Assembly: GCA_019057795.1 (NCBI GenBank)
Contig: JAHLWS010000044.1
Location: 1 to 13,760, forward strand
Origin: Promethearchaeota archaeon
Lineage (GTDB): Archaea > Asgardarchaeota > Lokiarchaeia > Sigyniarchaeales > SOKP01
Direction: 5' to 3'
Length of the DNA stretch: 13,760 nucleotides
In this document: piece by piece, positions 1 through 8,599 of the stretch
Position numbering within the stretch: the first letter of the stretch is position 1
Layout of the letters: every line of letters begins with the position of its first letter
Made by a program: the position numbers and the translations under genes
The notes under the pieces: generated by a model
Told to the model about the DNA's origin: nothing
The model's database searches: none
The model's input: only the letters and a program-made list of their open reading frames with translations

Positions 1-99
1 AATTATTTAATGAAGGATGAAAAAAAGGAAAAAATAGGATATAAAATACCTGAAGGCAAGCGAATTTTCGTTCAAACCGTTCTAAGCGGCTACGAGTAA
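1..99 (+). CDS. 3' end of an upstream gene (partial, product unknown)
   Basis: Frame 1 is open from base 1 to TAA at 97-99: NYLMKDEKKEKIGYKIPEGKRIFVQTVLSGYE*. Protein-like composition, same orientation as the next gene. Confidence 0.55.
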   Translation, partial: NYLMKDEKKEKIGYKIPEGKRIFVQTVLSGYE

Positions 100-237
100 A
101 AACTTAAATTCAATGATCACCTAAAAGGACTTATACCCAAACATTAATGATTTGTTTATAAAATAATGCTATTAATATTTGGAAATATTTTTAAATTTTA
201 TTTTATAGCATAATATGATAAAAATCCCATTATGTAG

Positions 238-2379
238 ATGATAAATATGAAAATAAGTAAAAGGGATGATAGATTTGACCTCACATTTAAATCATTAATG
301 AAATTTGGAAGGCCTGTAATTGAAAAATTAGATTATAAGAAAAAAAGAAAAAAAGATATAACTTCTGACATTTATATTGATTTAGAAGGTGATCCACAAA
401 TAATTTTAAATAGTGTGCTTGATTCTTCTTTTGGAATTTTAGAAGGTTATAAAGGAACTGGGAAATCAACTATTTTTTTAGTAGCTATTGATAAATTGGA
501 AAGAAGGGATGATATTGTTACAGCCTATTCAAATTTACAATCATGCTTTGAGAATGAAGAAGTTATAGAAAATGTAGATTCAGAATTATTTATTAGGAGT
601 GTATTGAATGATATTAAAAATTCTTTAGTTGAAAATAAAAAGCTTGTTAAAATAAAGGAAAAAATAGAAAAAATTTTTAAAGCTGCTTTAAATGAAACAA
701 TTTTACTAAAAGAAAGCCAGGAAAGTTACATTGAAACTGAAGATATTTCCAATTCAAGAAAAAAGGAAAAAAAGGTTGGCGGAACTCTCTCAACTAAGCG
801 TATTGGTATTGATACGGGTATTTTAAAAATAGATCAGTCTCAAAGTTCGAAAAAGATTCAAACCTCTGGAACAGGTACTCGTAAATCTACCTTCAAAATT
901 ACTAAAACTATGAAAAATTTACAGATATTATTAAAGCAAGAAAAAATAGAGTCCTTATATTTATTCTTAGATGATTTTTCTGAATTAATAGATGATTATC
1001 AGAGAATCGCCATTAATCATTTTATTGGTCCTTTAGTAAAATCTTACAACGAGTTTGTTTCTATAAAGATTGCGGTTTACCCAAATCATTATGATGTGGG
1101 AGATTTAGATCGTACAAAGATGGTTAAAATAATTTTAGATCCATTAAGAAGATGGGAGTATTTGAAGATTAATGATTTGGAAAAAAAAATGACGCTTTAC
1201 ACAAAAAACATTTTAATTACCAGATTAAATAAATTTTTTGATGAGGATGTTGATATAACTAGCATTTTTGATATCAATATTTCGGGAAAAAAGAATTTAG
1301 ATTTTTATTTTGATTTATTAACAAAAGCTTCAGGATTTAATTTAAGAAATCTAGGTTATATTCTTCACTTTTGTTACATACAATATTTGAGTAGAAATAA
1401 AGAAATTACCGTAAATAGTATTGAATCTGCCGCTCAAACTTATTATAATGAGCATTTGGAACCTGAATTTGAAAATCCAAGATTACTAGAAGGGATAATC
1501 GATTTAGAAGATCATTTTAAAGATTTAAATTTTCAGATTTTTTTTAAGAAAAAATTAATAGAATTAGCAAAGAAAAAAAAGGATGAATTAAGAGAGACAT
1601 TTAAAAATGGTAGCTTAGATAACAAAACATTAGTTAAAGCAATTGAAAATAATCGAAGCAAAAATGTTTATTATATTCCAACTAGTCATTTTTGGGTAGA
1701 TGAATCTACATCGAAATATCTAATATATTTGGAAATGAATTTTATTGTAATTAAGTATGCAAGATTAGTTGACAAAAGTGGTAAAATAGGACATGTTTTT
1801 TGTTTAAATTATGGTTTATGTCAAAACTTTAATATTGACTATGGTAAATTAGATATGGATAAATATTGGCAACAAAGACAATTTAACTATACAGAAGATA
1901 TTTATGAAATATTTAAGAGTTCCCATATTAGAAAATGTTCAAAATGTAAGTTCATTTATACTGAACAACAATATCAAATGTTACTAAAAGATAAAGAAGA
2001 ATATAATCAAGATGCAATTTATTGTAAAAAATGTCATGAACCTAACACTATTCTAGTCAAAAAATCTATTCCTGATGAAACTATAAAATTTCATCAATTA
2101 TTGGAAAATTATGACCTTAGAGGAATCGATATAATCACACTAATTAAACTAAAAGTACTAAATAATTTTTATAATAAAAATGTAAATTACATCAAAGCTC
2201 AAGAAATTGCATCACTTATGGATACTGATGTAAAAAAAATAACTCCCGGTTTAGGAAAGATGGAAAGAAAAGATTATATTAATGCTAAACGAGTGAAAGG
2301 GAAAGTAAATAAATATTTAATAACCAAAAAGGGAATAAAAATTCTACAAGATTATTTTTCAATTAAAATTAATTCTTAA
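238..2379 (+). CDS. P-loop NTPase (ORC/CDC6- or KAP/STAND-like) with C-terminal Zn-ribbon and winged helix-turn-helix
   Basis: 713-aa ORF. Walker A GYKGTGKST (nt 445-471), Walker B LYLFLDDFSE, sensor-2-like GFNLRNLG, CSKC...CKKC pair, and a terminal MarR-like wHTH (IKAQEIASLMDTDVKKITPGLGKMERKDYI...KYLITKKG). The start may be the ATG at 247. Confidence 0.8.
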   Translation: MINMKISKRDDRFDLTFKSLMKFGRPVIEKLDYKKKRKKDITSDIYIDLEGDPQIILNSVLDSSFGILEGYKGTGKSTIFLVAIDKLERRDDIVTAYSNLQSCFENEEVIENVDSELFIRSVLNDIKNSLVENKKLVKIKEKIEKIFKAALNETILLKESQESYIETEDISNSRKKEKKVGGTLSTKRIGIDTGILKIDQSQSSKKIQTSGTGTRKSTFKITKTMKNLQILLKQEKIESLYLFLDDFSELIDDYQRIAINHFIGPLVKSYNEFVSIKIAVYPNHYDVGDLDRTKMVKIILDPLRRWEYLKINDLEKKMTLYTKNILITRLNKFFDEDVDITSIFDINISGKKNLDFYFDLLTKASGFNLRNLGYILHFCYIQYLSRNKEITVNSIESAAQTYYNEHLEPEFENPRLLEGIIDLEDHFKDLNFQIFFKKKLIELAKKKKDELRETFKNGSLDNKTLVKAIENNRSKNVYYIPTSHFWVDESTSKYLIYLEMNFIVIKYARLVDKSGKIGHVFCLNYGLCQNFNIDYGKLDMDKYWQQRQFNYTEDIYEIFKSSHIRKCSKCKFIYTEQQYQMLLKDKEEYNQDAIYCKKCHEPNTILVKKSIPDETIKFHQLLENYDLRGIDIITLIKLKVLNNFYNKNVNYIKAQEIASLMDTDVKKITPGLGKMERKDYINAKRVKGKVNKYLITKKGIKILQDYFSIKINS

Positions 2380-2380
2380 T

Positions 2381-2391
2381 CTTTTTTTATT
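2381..2391 (+). terminator. Possible archaeal oligo-T terminator
   Basis: T7 run (2382-2388) immediately after the TAA of the 713-aa gene, in a convergent intergenic region. The AT-rich background weakens this. Confidence 0.35.
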
Positions 2392-2575
2392 AATCTAATC
2401 CATCCCTAAAAAGGAATATTGATTTAATTTCTAAAAATCACATTCTAAATTTTCGGATTTGTTATTATAATCTTTTATATATTATCATTTTAGTATCTTA
2501 ATCTAAACTTCTCTACAGTAACTAATTTATATAACATTTCTGTTTTAGATTTAGTTTTGAAAAATCTTTTTTTAA

Positions 2576-4798
2576 CTAATATGTTAAACTCCAACCCTGA
2601 GGGCTCTTTCGAGAATATAAAATCATTTTTTTTTCCTTAAGATTACTTATTGAATTTTTAATTACATTCTGACTTGTTGCTATATGAATAATTGCGTCAA
2701 TAATTAACTGCTGACTTCTTATTAGCTTTTTTTCTTCAAGTAATCTGATTATATGGGATTCTAATTTAGAGGGGTTGCTGATTTTTTCTTCTGGCGTTTT
2801 TGGTCTTGTAGGTTGCAAAGTTTTTTGCCTTGCAGGAGGTGTTTTTGGTTTTGGTTCTTTTTCTACTACTTTCTCGCTCAAATCTATTTGTCTTATGTAT
2901 TCAAAAAACTCTGGTAAATTTATTCCAATTTTGCTTAGTATTTGGATATAGGAATTATAATTCATAATTTTTTCATGGAAAAACAGTTCTGAAAACTCTG
3001 TCATTAATAATAGTAAGTAATATGACTCTTCATTAGATAAATTTGTAACGCGACCTATTTGTGGACCGTATTTTAGGAGCGTCTCGACAATTTTATCATC
3101 TAGTGGTGATAATGTTACAAATGATAAGTGGTGTGTTTTTTTATTTTCTAAAAGTGCAATTGAACCTTCCACTTCTTTCAATTTAACTTTATTTGAGGGA
3201 TAATATGCTTTAACTTGAAGTTCAGCTTTTCGAATATTTTGTACGGATTCATTTCCAAATAAAGTAATATAAATATCTGGTTTTGCTTTTTTACCGTGGT
3301 TAGTTCTAATCGATGGTTCATGTTCAACTTTGTAAATAAGATTACCAAAAGGGGAATTTTCTTTTATTTCATTAAAGGCTCTAAATAAACCATATTCAAT
3401 ATCGCGCGATAATTGATTACGATTTGTGTAATTAGATAAGAAGTTGTCTAAAAAATTCATCTCGTTCTCAAATAGATAAATAGATTCCATTTTAGGGCGC
3501 ATAAAAAAGATAGAGTCTTTAGTATCCTTAAGATACGTAATAACCTTGTCCAATTTGAATTTTTCTACAATTTTATTCAATTTTTTCAATGAATCTCTTA
3601 AATTTCTATCATTAATTTCATAAAGGTATTGAAAAGCTCTAAGACTAAATGGAAAGTGAACATCTGCCCCCCTTGGTTTGAATTGAGTAGTTATTGATTT
3701 CCAGAACTCTATTAAAAACTTGTTCATGATTCTAGACGCGTCTTTTTCGCTTAAATTTATTAATGATATCTCGTCAAATTTAAAACCTGCTAACATATTT
3801 AATTCTGAAGTATTCAAGGTTTTATTGAAGAATTCCCAAAAATCGGTTGAGCCAATAGTTAATAACAAACAGTTGTTTATTGTATTTCTAAATTTTAATA
3901 AGATTCTAAATAAATTCTTGCAGGAATCTCTAATTTCAGGTAAATTTTCTAAATTATCAATTATTATTAGAAGGCACGATTTATTAGAAAGGAAAGTCAT
4001 GACAGAAATTAAATTTTCAAGTAAATTGATTGCTTCATCATCATTTTGCAAATTTTTTCCCATTATTTCATCATGAGCGGTTAAACGGAATTTAGTGTTA
4101 TCAGAGACTAAATCAATCAGAGTTTCAATGTAATCTATCGGTAAATTCATGGCATCATTGTTTAAGATTATGAAATCGAAATCTCTTATAAAATATTTTA
4201 AATCTCTAGCTAAATTGGGGGAGTTTTCTTTTAGTTTCATAATTAATTCAGTATGATCCGAGCATTTAGAAATAATTTTCCAAGCTGATGAAAATTTCTT
4301 GATAAAATTATCTCTAATTAAACTATCTTGTTCAAAAAAAGTACATAATTTTAATAAAAATTGAAAACCAAGTAGATACGGATACTGCCCAGGAGCCTTT
4401 CCCAAATCCTTTAATATTTTTTGGTATATGTTAATAATGTTCAAGAATTTAGCATCAGAGGGGCATTCAATATACGCACATTCAAGATAATCAATTTCTA
4501 GATCACGGGATTTTTTATTCTTTGCACTATCATAAACATATAAAGCTATAGTAGTTTTCCCTGTACCACCACTTCCATTAAGAGGAATCCAAGCTGATTT
4601 ATGATTAAAACCTGTAGCAACTTTTTCAATTCCATTTTTAATAATACCGATTTCTTCGTCTCGTCCCAAACAGAATTTTGGTAAGTCATCTCTTGAACAG
4701 ACGGGATTTCTGGGGAAAGGGTTTGGATTACTTAATAATTCGCGTTCTATTAAGTTTCTATAACGCTCATTTTCTGGGTCAATGAAATTGTAACTCAA
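2576..4798 (-). CDS. Cdc6/ORC-like AAA+ ATPase fused to a PD-(D/E)xK-type nuclease domain and C-terminal wHTH
   Basis: 740 aa, TTG start with GAGGA upstream. N-terminal NPF...GRDEEI, Walker A GSGGTGKTT, Walker B LLIIIDNLE, PFS...RNLRDSLK lid. Then E...KPDIYITL...AELQVK (nt ~3209-3280), a Pro/Lys-rich linker and a terminal wHTH-like domain ending in GWSL. Confidence 0.75.
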   Translation of the reverse strand: MSYNFIDPENERYRNLIERELLSNPNPFPRNPVCSRDDLPKFCLGRDEEIGIIKNGIEKVATGFNHKSAWIPLNGSGGTGKTTIALYVYDSAKNKKSRDLEIDYLECAYIECPSDAKFLNIINIYQKILKDLGKAPGQYPYLLGFQFLLKLCTFFEQDSLIRDNFIKKFSSAWKIISKCSDHTELIMKLKENSPNLARDLKYFIRDFDFIILNNDAMNLPIDYIETLIDLVSDNTKFRLTAHDEIMGKNLQNDDEAINLLENLISVMTFLSNKSCLLIIIDNLENLPEIRDSCKNLFRILLKFRNTINNCLLLTIGSTDFWEFFNKTLNTSELNMLAGFKFDEISLINLSEKDASRIMNKFLIEFWKSITTQFKPRGADVHFPFSLRAFQYLYEINDRNLRDSLKKLNKIVEKFKLDKVITYLKDTKDSIFFMRPKMESIYLFENEMNFLDNFLSNYTNRNQLSRDIEYGLFRAFNEIKENSPFGNLIYKVEHEPSIRTNHGKKAKPDIYITLFGNESVQNIRKAELQVKAYYPSNKVKLKEVEGSIALLENKKTHHLSFVTLSPLDDKIVETLLKYGPQIGRVTNLSNEESYYLLLLMTEFSELFFHEKIMNYNSYIQILSKIGINLPEFFEYIRQIDLSEKVVEKEPKPKTPPARQKTLQPTRPKTPEEKISNPSKLESHIIRLLEEKKLIRSQQLIIDAIIHIATSQNVIKNSISNLKEKKMILYSRKSPQGWSLTY

Positions 4799-4806
4799 TT
4801 TTTAAA

Positions 4807-4811
4807 TCCTC
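4807..4811 (-). promoter_or_regulatory. Shine-Dalgarno-like GAGGA for the 740-aa ATPase
   Basis: GAGGA on the - strand 8 nt upstream of the TTG at 4798, inside a 19-bp gap after the preceding gene's stop. Confidence 0.55.
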
Positions 4812-4817
4812 AAAATT

Positions 4818-5369
4818 TTATGTTTTTATAAATAAATAATAGAATTTCTTGCCAGTAGGACTCAATAGGTGGTAATCATTAGGATTTCCCCCTGGTTGCA
4901 AGTCGATAATTTGTTTTCGATATAATCGTAACATACCCTCTTCAAATTCTTTTATTAAAACATTATAGTTTGTTTGAAAAATGTTTTTTAGATCTTTTAA
5001 TGCAATATTTCCTTTTATTTGTTGAAAGTGTGATCTCTGATTAACAATTTTTATAATTTCCTGTTCTAATTCTTTATCACTCTTGAATTTGCCAGCTTTT
5101 TTTTCAGAAATTACTGATTTAAAGCTTACACCATCAATCTTCAATAGGTCTTCTATTTTTGAAATTCTTTTTTCGAGGTTAAAAACTATATTTCTAAGCT
5201 CAATATTCTCTCTTTTTTCACTTGGTATAATCGGTGAAATCCTAACTTCAGAACTTTTACTAGATTTTGTTGTTATTTTTTTTAATTTTCCTTGGTGAAA
5301 TTTTGAATTTATATGACGACTTGAATTAGGATTTTTAAGTTCTTTACCACATATTTTACATTTTGGCAT
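4818..5369 (-). CDS. C2H2 zinc finger / coiled-coil / winged-helix protein
   Basis: 183 aa. N-terminal CKIC-x11-H-INSKF-H, a basic Ser-rich linker, a heptad segment LRNIVFNLEKRISKIEDLL, and a C-terminal wHTH-like segment (IALKDLKNIF...EFEEGMLRLYRKQIIDLQPG...GKKFYYL). Confidence 0.75.
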   Translation of the reverse strand: MPKCKICGKELKNPNSSRHINSKFHQGKLKKITTKSSKSSEVRISPIIPSEKRENIELRNIVFNLEKRISKIEDLLKIDGVSFKSVISEKKAGKFKSDKELEQEIIKIVNQRSHFQQIKGNIALKDLKNIFQTNYNVLIKEFEEGMLRLYRKQIIDLQPGGNPNDYHLLSPTGKKFYYLFIKT

Positions 5370-5603
5370 ATAATTTGTCTTTCCCCCTTAATTATAATCT
5401 AGTTTTCTAAAAGTCTATTTTATAAATAAATTATCATAAAAAATGACACTTCAATAATTGGTTTTAATTTATTTAAATATTGTTTTATTTATTTGATTGA
5501 CAAGAGAATTACTGTTGAATTAGCAAATGGAGCCTGAAATCAAATTCGAGTTAAGTGAAATTCAAAATATTGAGAAAGTTATTAGAGCCCAAGTAGTAAA
5601 ATT

Positions 5604-7325
5604 TTAAAAATTCTCTTTTAAAAATTCATTAGGGTAGTTCAACGCGGTAAAAAATAAGGGCGTACCCGAAAAAGACAGAGGTGAAATTGGACCAATAGCC
5701 ATAAAAGGATATTCTCTCTTTCCTAGGCTACTTTGGGGGTCATTGAAATTTTGATATAGTTTTATGGCTTCTGTAGCCCCACCGATGATCTCCCACAAAG
5801 CTTGTCGCTCAATTCCCCATGCTAACCCAAATCCAAAAATGAAAATTCTAATTTGGTTTAAAATCTCTCTGTGAAGGCTTGAGAGTGTTTGACTGATAAA
5901 CATCCAACCTAAACCATATTTTCTAGTAGTTCTTACGGCATCTATAAAGATTGATTTTAGTGATTCAATATCTTCATCATCTGATTTTTCTCTAGGTGCT
6001 AATCTATGAGCCTCATCAATAACTACGAGAGAATTTAATTTTCCTCCTTCTTTAAATCTCTCTGCAGCTTGTTCATTGATTTTAATTAACATTTGTTTTA
6101 TTGCTATTAGTTGGATTTTTTCATTCCAAATTATATCTTTGGGTTTTTCTCTAGATGATAAATCAATTATAACTAATGCTCCTTTTTTAGAAATATTTTT
6201 GAAAAGCTCAGATAATAGAATACTTTTTTCTCGATATTTAAATAGGCTAGTAATCCCATTCCAAATAGAAAACATTTCATTTGCATCAAGATTGTGCCAG
6301 GAACTTTTTACTCTTTCTTTTGGAGATTTTGTCCCAATTGTTTTCTTTAAAAACGCTTCTGTTGGTATTTGCTTCCATATTCTGTTAAAAGCTACTCTTT
6401 TATAATAATTCCAATGTTTTATTTCTTCATCTAAAGTACCATTTGCTTTTAATATAGAAACAAATTCATTCACAAATCTTACTTTATGATCATTGAACCA
6501 AATAGAGAGTTTATCAAAAAAATTAGTTGCAGATAATAATCTTGTAAATAGAATTTCGCTATAGTTGAATTGGATATTTTGTAATGTTAATATTTTTATG
6601 TCACGCTTCAAATTTTCTTTTATTATTGCTTTTAAATCTGGATTTGAACTGAATTCTATAGAAAATTCTCCTTGAGGGTCTAATATGTAAATAGACATAC
6701 CTTTATGACGAAGATATCCTGTTATCATCATTTTCGCTAGAACAGATTTACCAGATCCTGTTTTTCCGAAAATTCCTATATGATAAGCTTCTCCTACTCC
6801 ATGCTTTTCTGGACCAAAATGCTTTAACCACATAGGTAAATTGAAATCTGTTCCATAAGTTTTACCTAAATAAAATAATTCATCTTGATAATCTGCCAAT
6901 AAGGCATTCATTATTTTATCATCAAATAATTTTATACGAGTACCCGTCGATGGAACTGTTCCAAAAAGGCTAGGTTGAACTGAGTTATCATGTACAGAAA
7001 AAACAGAACTTATGATCATTTTAGCCATATGAATATCTTGTTTTTCTGTAATGGGATCAACTCGTCCTCTTTGTCTTATTATCCCCCTCATAGTAGGATC
7101 TTGGGTCCATATATTTTGCATCATTATTTCAGTAATTTGACCCAATGCGTAATGCTCTTTACCATCTTGGTAATAATTAAAAATACTAAATTTTCCCACT
7201 AAGCCTTTATTTACAGCTGTTCCTAAAATATCTACTGCTAGCTCGTTAGTGGATGAAGGGGAACCAATAACTCCTATATTTTCTTCCTGATCAAAAATCT
7301 CTTTAATATTAGTTAATATTTTCAC
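5604..7325 (-). CDS. herA: HerA-family helicase/translocase (HAS barrel + FtsK/HerA ATPase)
   Basis: N-terminal HAS-barrel-like IGVIGSPSST...LGQITEI, HIGIFGKTGSGKS Walker A, ILDPQGEF, VVIDEAHRLAP Walker B, RKYGLG and FISQ motifs. The probable start is the GTG at 7325, one base after the nurA stop; the ORF track extends it to 7364 by overlapping nurA. Confidence 0.9.
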   Translation of the reverse strand: MKILTNIKEIFDQEENIGVIGSPSSTNELAVDILGTAVNKGLVGKFSIFNYYQDGKEHYALGQITEIMMQNIWTQDPTMRGIIRQRGRVDPITEKQDIHMAKMIISSVFSVHDNSVQPSLFGTVPSTGTRIKLFDDKIMNALLADYQDELFYLGKTYGTDFNLPMWLKHFGPEKHGVGEAYHIGIFGKTGSGKSVLAKMMITGYLRHKGMSIYILDPQGEFSIEFSSNPDLKAIIKENLKRDIKILTLQNIQFNYSEILFTRLLSATNFFDKLSIWFNDHKVRFVNEFVSILKANGTLDEEIKHWNYYKRVAFNRIWKQIPTEAFLKKTIGTKSPKERVKSSWHNLDANEMFSIWNGITSLFKYREKSILLSELFKNISKKGALVIIDLSSREKPKDIIWNEKIQLIAIKQMLIKINEQAAERFKEGGKLNSLVVIDEAHRLAPREKSDDEDIESLKSIFIDAVRTTRKYGLGWMFISQTLSSLHREILNQIRIFIFGFGLAWGIERQALWEIIGGATEAIKLYQNFNDPQSSLGKREYPFMAIGPISPLSFSGTPLFFTALNYPNEFLKENF

Positions 7326-7326
7326 C

Positions 7327-8466
7327 TTATTTTCCCCACTCGGTTCTATAACCATGCATAGCAAAATATAAATCTGAATACTTTCCCTCCCAGTTTTGGC
7401 TCATTTCCTGCGTGGTTGTTTTTCTTATCGCAGGTAAAGCAGTTCTCAAATGTTTTACCATTCTATCAGCTAAATACAACGGAAATGGTTCCATAAGCCC
7501 TGGAACGCTACATTGTGACTTTACAGATTCTAAGAGAACAGATAATCTATTTCTACTATTCGCTACACGGGAGGAGACCTCTAATCTTAGGGCAGGGATA
7601 TGATCATATGGCCGATAATAAAAAATACATATTTCATTTAAATAATGAATGACATTTTTAATTAAAGGCTCAGAATTAGATGGAGCTTTTTCAATATACC
7701 ATCTTTGGGTGCCCATTTCAGCGGGAATTGGTCCCACAACCTCGCCAGGTTTTAAGACGAAAGAGAGGAGCCCACGATCTTCGTAATTGCTATTCAATTT
7801 TAAAATGTTATGTGTAATTTATTGCCTTGTGGTATATTTTGGAACTGCTACAAAAATTTGGTCAGTTTTTTTTGAAAGTACAATTTTGATATAAGCTGCT
7901 AATGCAAGTTTCAATCTTTTACTAAAATCTGTCTTCAATTCTTCTGGCGCTTCATAAAGTGTATTAAGTGCTTGGTTAATATATACTAAAGGTGTTACAA
8001 AGGAACCATCAAAGAAAACTACATTATGGGGTGCCTTTACTGCAAGGGATAATTCCATACACATCATAATGGCACTAGTTATGAAATTTGTAGCATTGTT
8101 ATGTTTAATTGTAAGAATTTTTGAATAATGTCGTGGTTTTGGCCAGTGTCTAACTTCAGTGGGTGGTGCTAACCCTTCAACAGCTACACTAGCAGCGGCT
8201 ACAATATCCGTTGAGAGAAGTTTCTCTATAGAAAATGAACCATCTACAGCGCAACAAGTAGGATATGTTGGGGGGTGCATTATATCTGAATCTTTTACCA
8301 ATAACTTTTTTTCTTTCAATTTTTTTCTAATATCCTTTTTAATGTTATAGAGATCATGAAACGACTTTGAAAGCTTCAAGCCTATATCACCGCATTGATC
8401 TAGCATATCAACTACTAATGCTTCAGGCAATTCGTTAAAAGGATTTTCAGATATAATTTCAACCAT
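7327..8466 (-). pseudogene. nurA: NurA-family 5'-3' nuclease interrupted by one in-frame TAA at 7819-7821
   Basis: The two track ORFs (7819-8523 and 7327-7797) are in the same frame: ...VPKYTTRQ*ITHNILKLNSNYEDRGLL... The NurA motifs AVDGS and FFDGS precede the stop and EPFPLYLADRMVK follows it. Likely ATG at 8466, giving 379 codons. Lies directly upstream of herA. Confidence 0.85.
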
Positions 8467-8599
8467 GATAATGTAAAAAAGAATTTTTACTTTTTTGTGT
8501 ATTTTCGAGCTTACCCTTAACAACTATATGTAGGTATATAATATTGAATAATATCAATATATGTTAAGGATTTAACTTCCTACTAAAGTCATCAATTGA

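Noticed and set aside
2380-4798. 740-aa ATPase as the replication initiator Orc1/Cdc6 with an adjacent origin
   Set aside because: It is much longer than Cdc6, has a large insert between the Walker motifs and a nuclease-like domain, and I saw no ORB/G-string repeats in the flanking intergenic DNA.
287-8350. Short antisense ORFs in the track (287-469, 3720-4076, 5083-5298, 6076-6405, 6990-7202, 7412-7603, 8159-8350)
   Set aside because: All lie wholly opposite long motif-bearing genes and show shadow-ORF composition with no recognisable motifs.
7326-8523. Track start sites at 7364 (herA) and 8523 (nurA)
   Set aside because: GTG 7325 abuts the nurA stop and ATG 8466 begins the protein-like sequence. 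The longer extensions overlap nurA or run into AT-rich promoter-like DNA.
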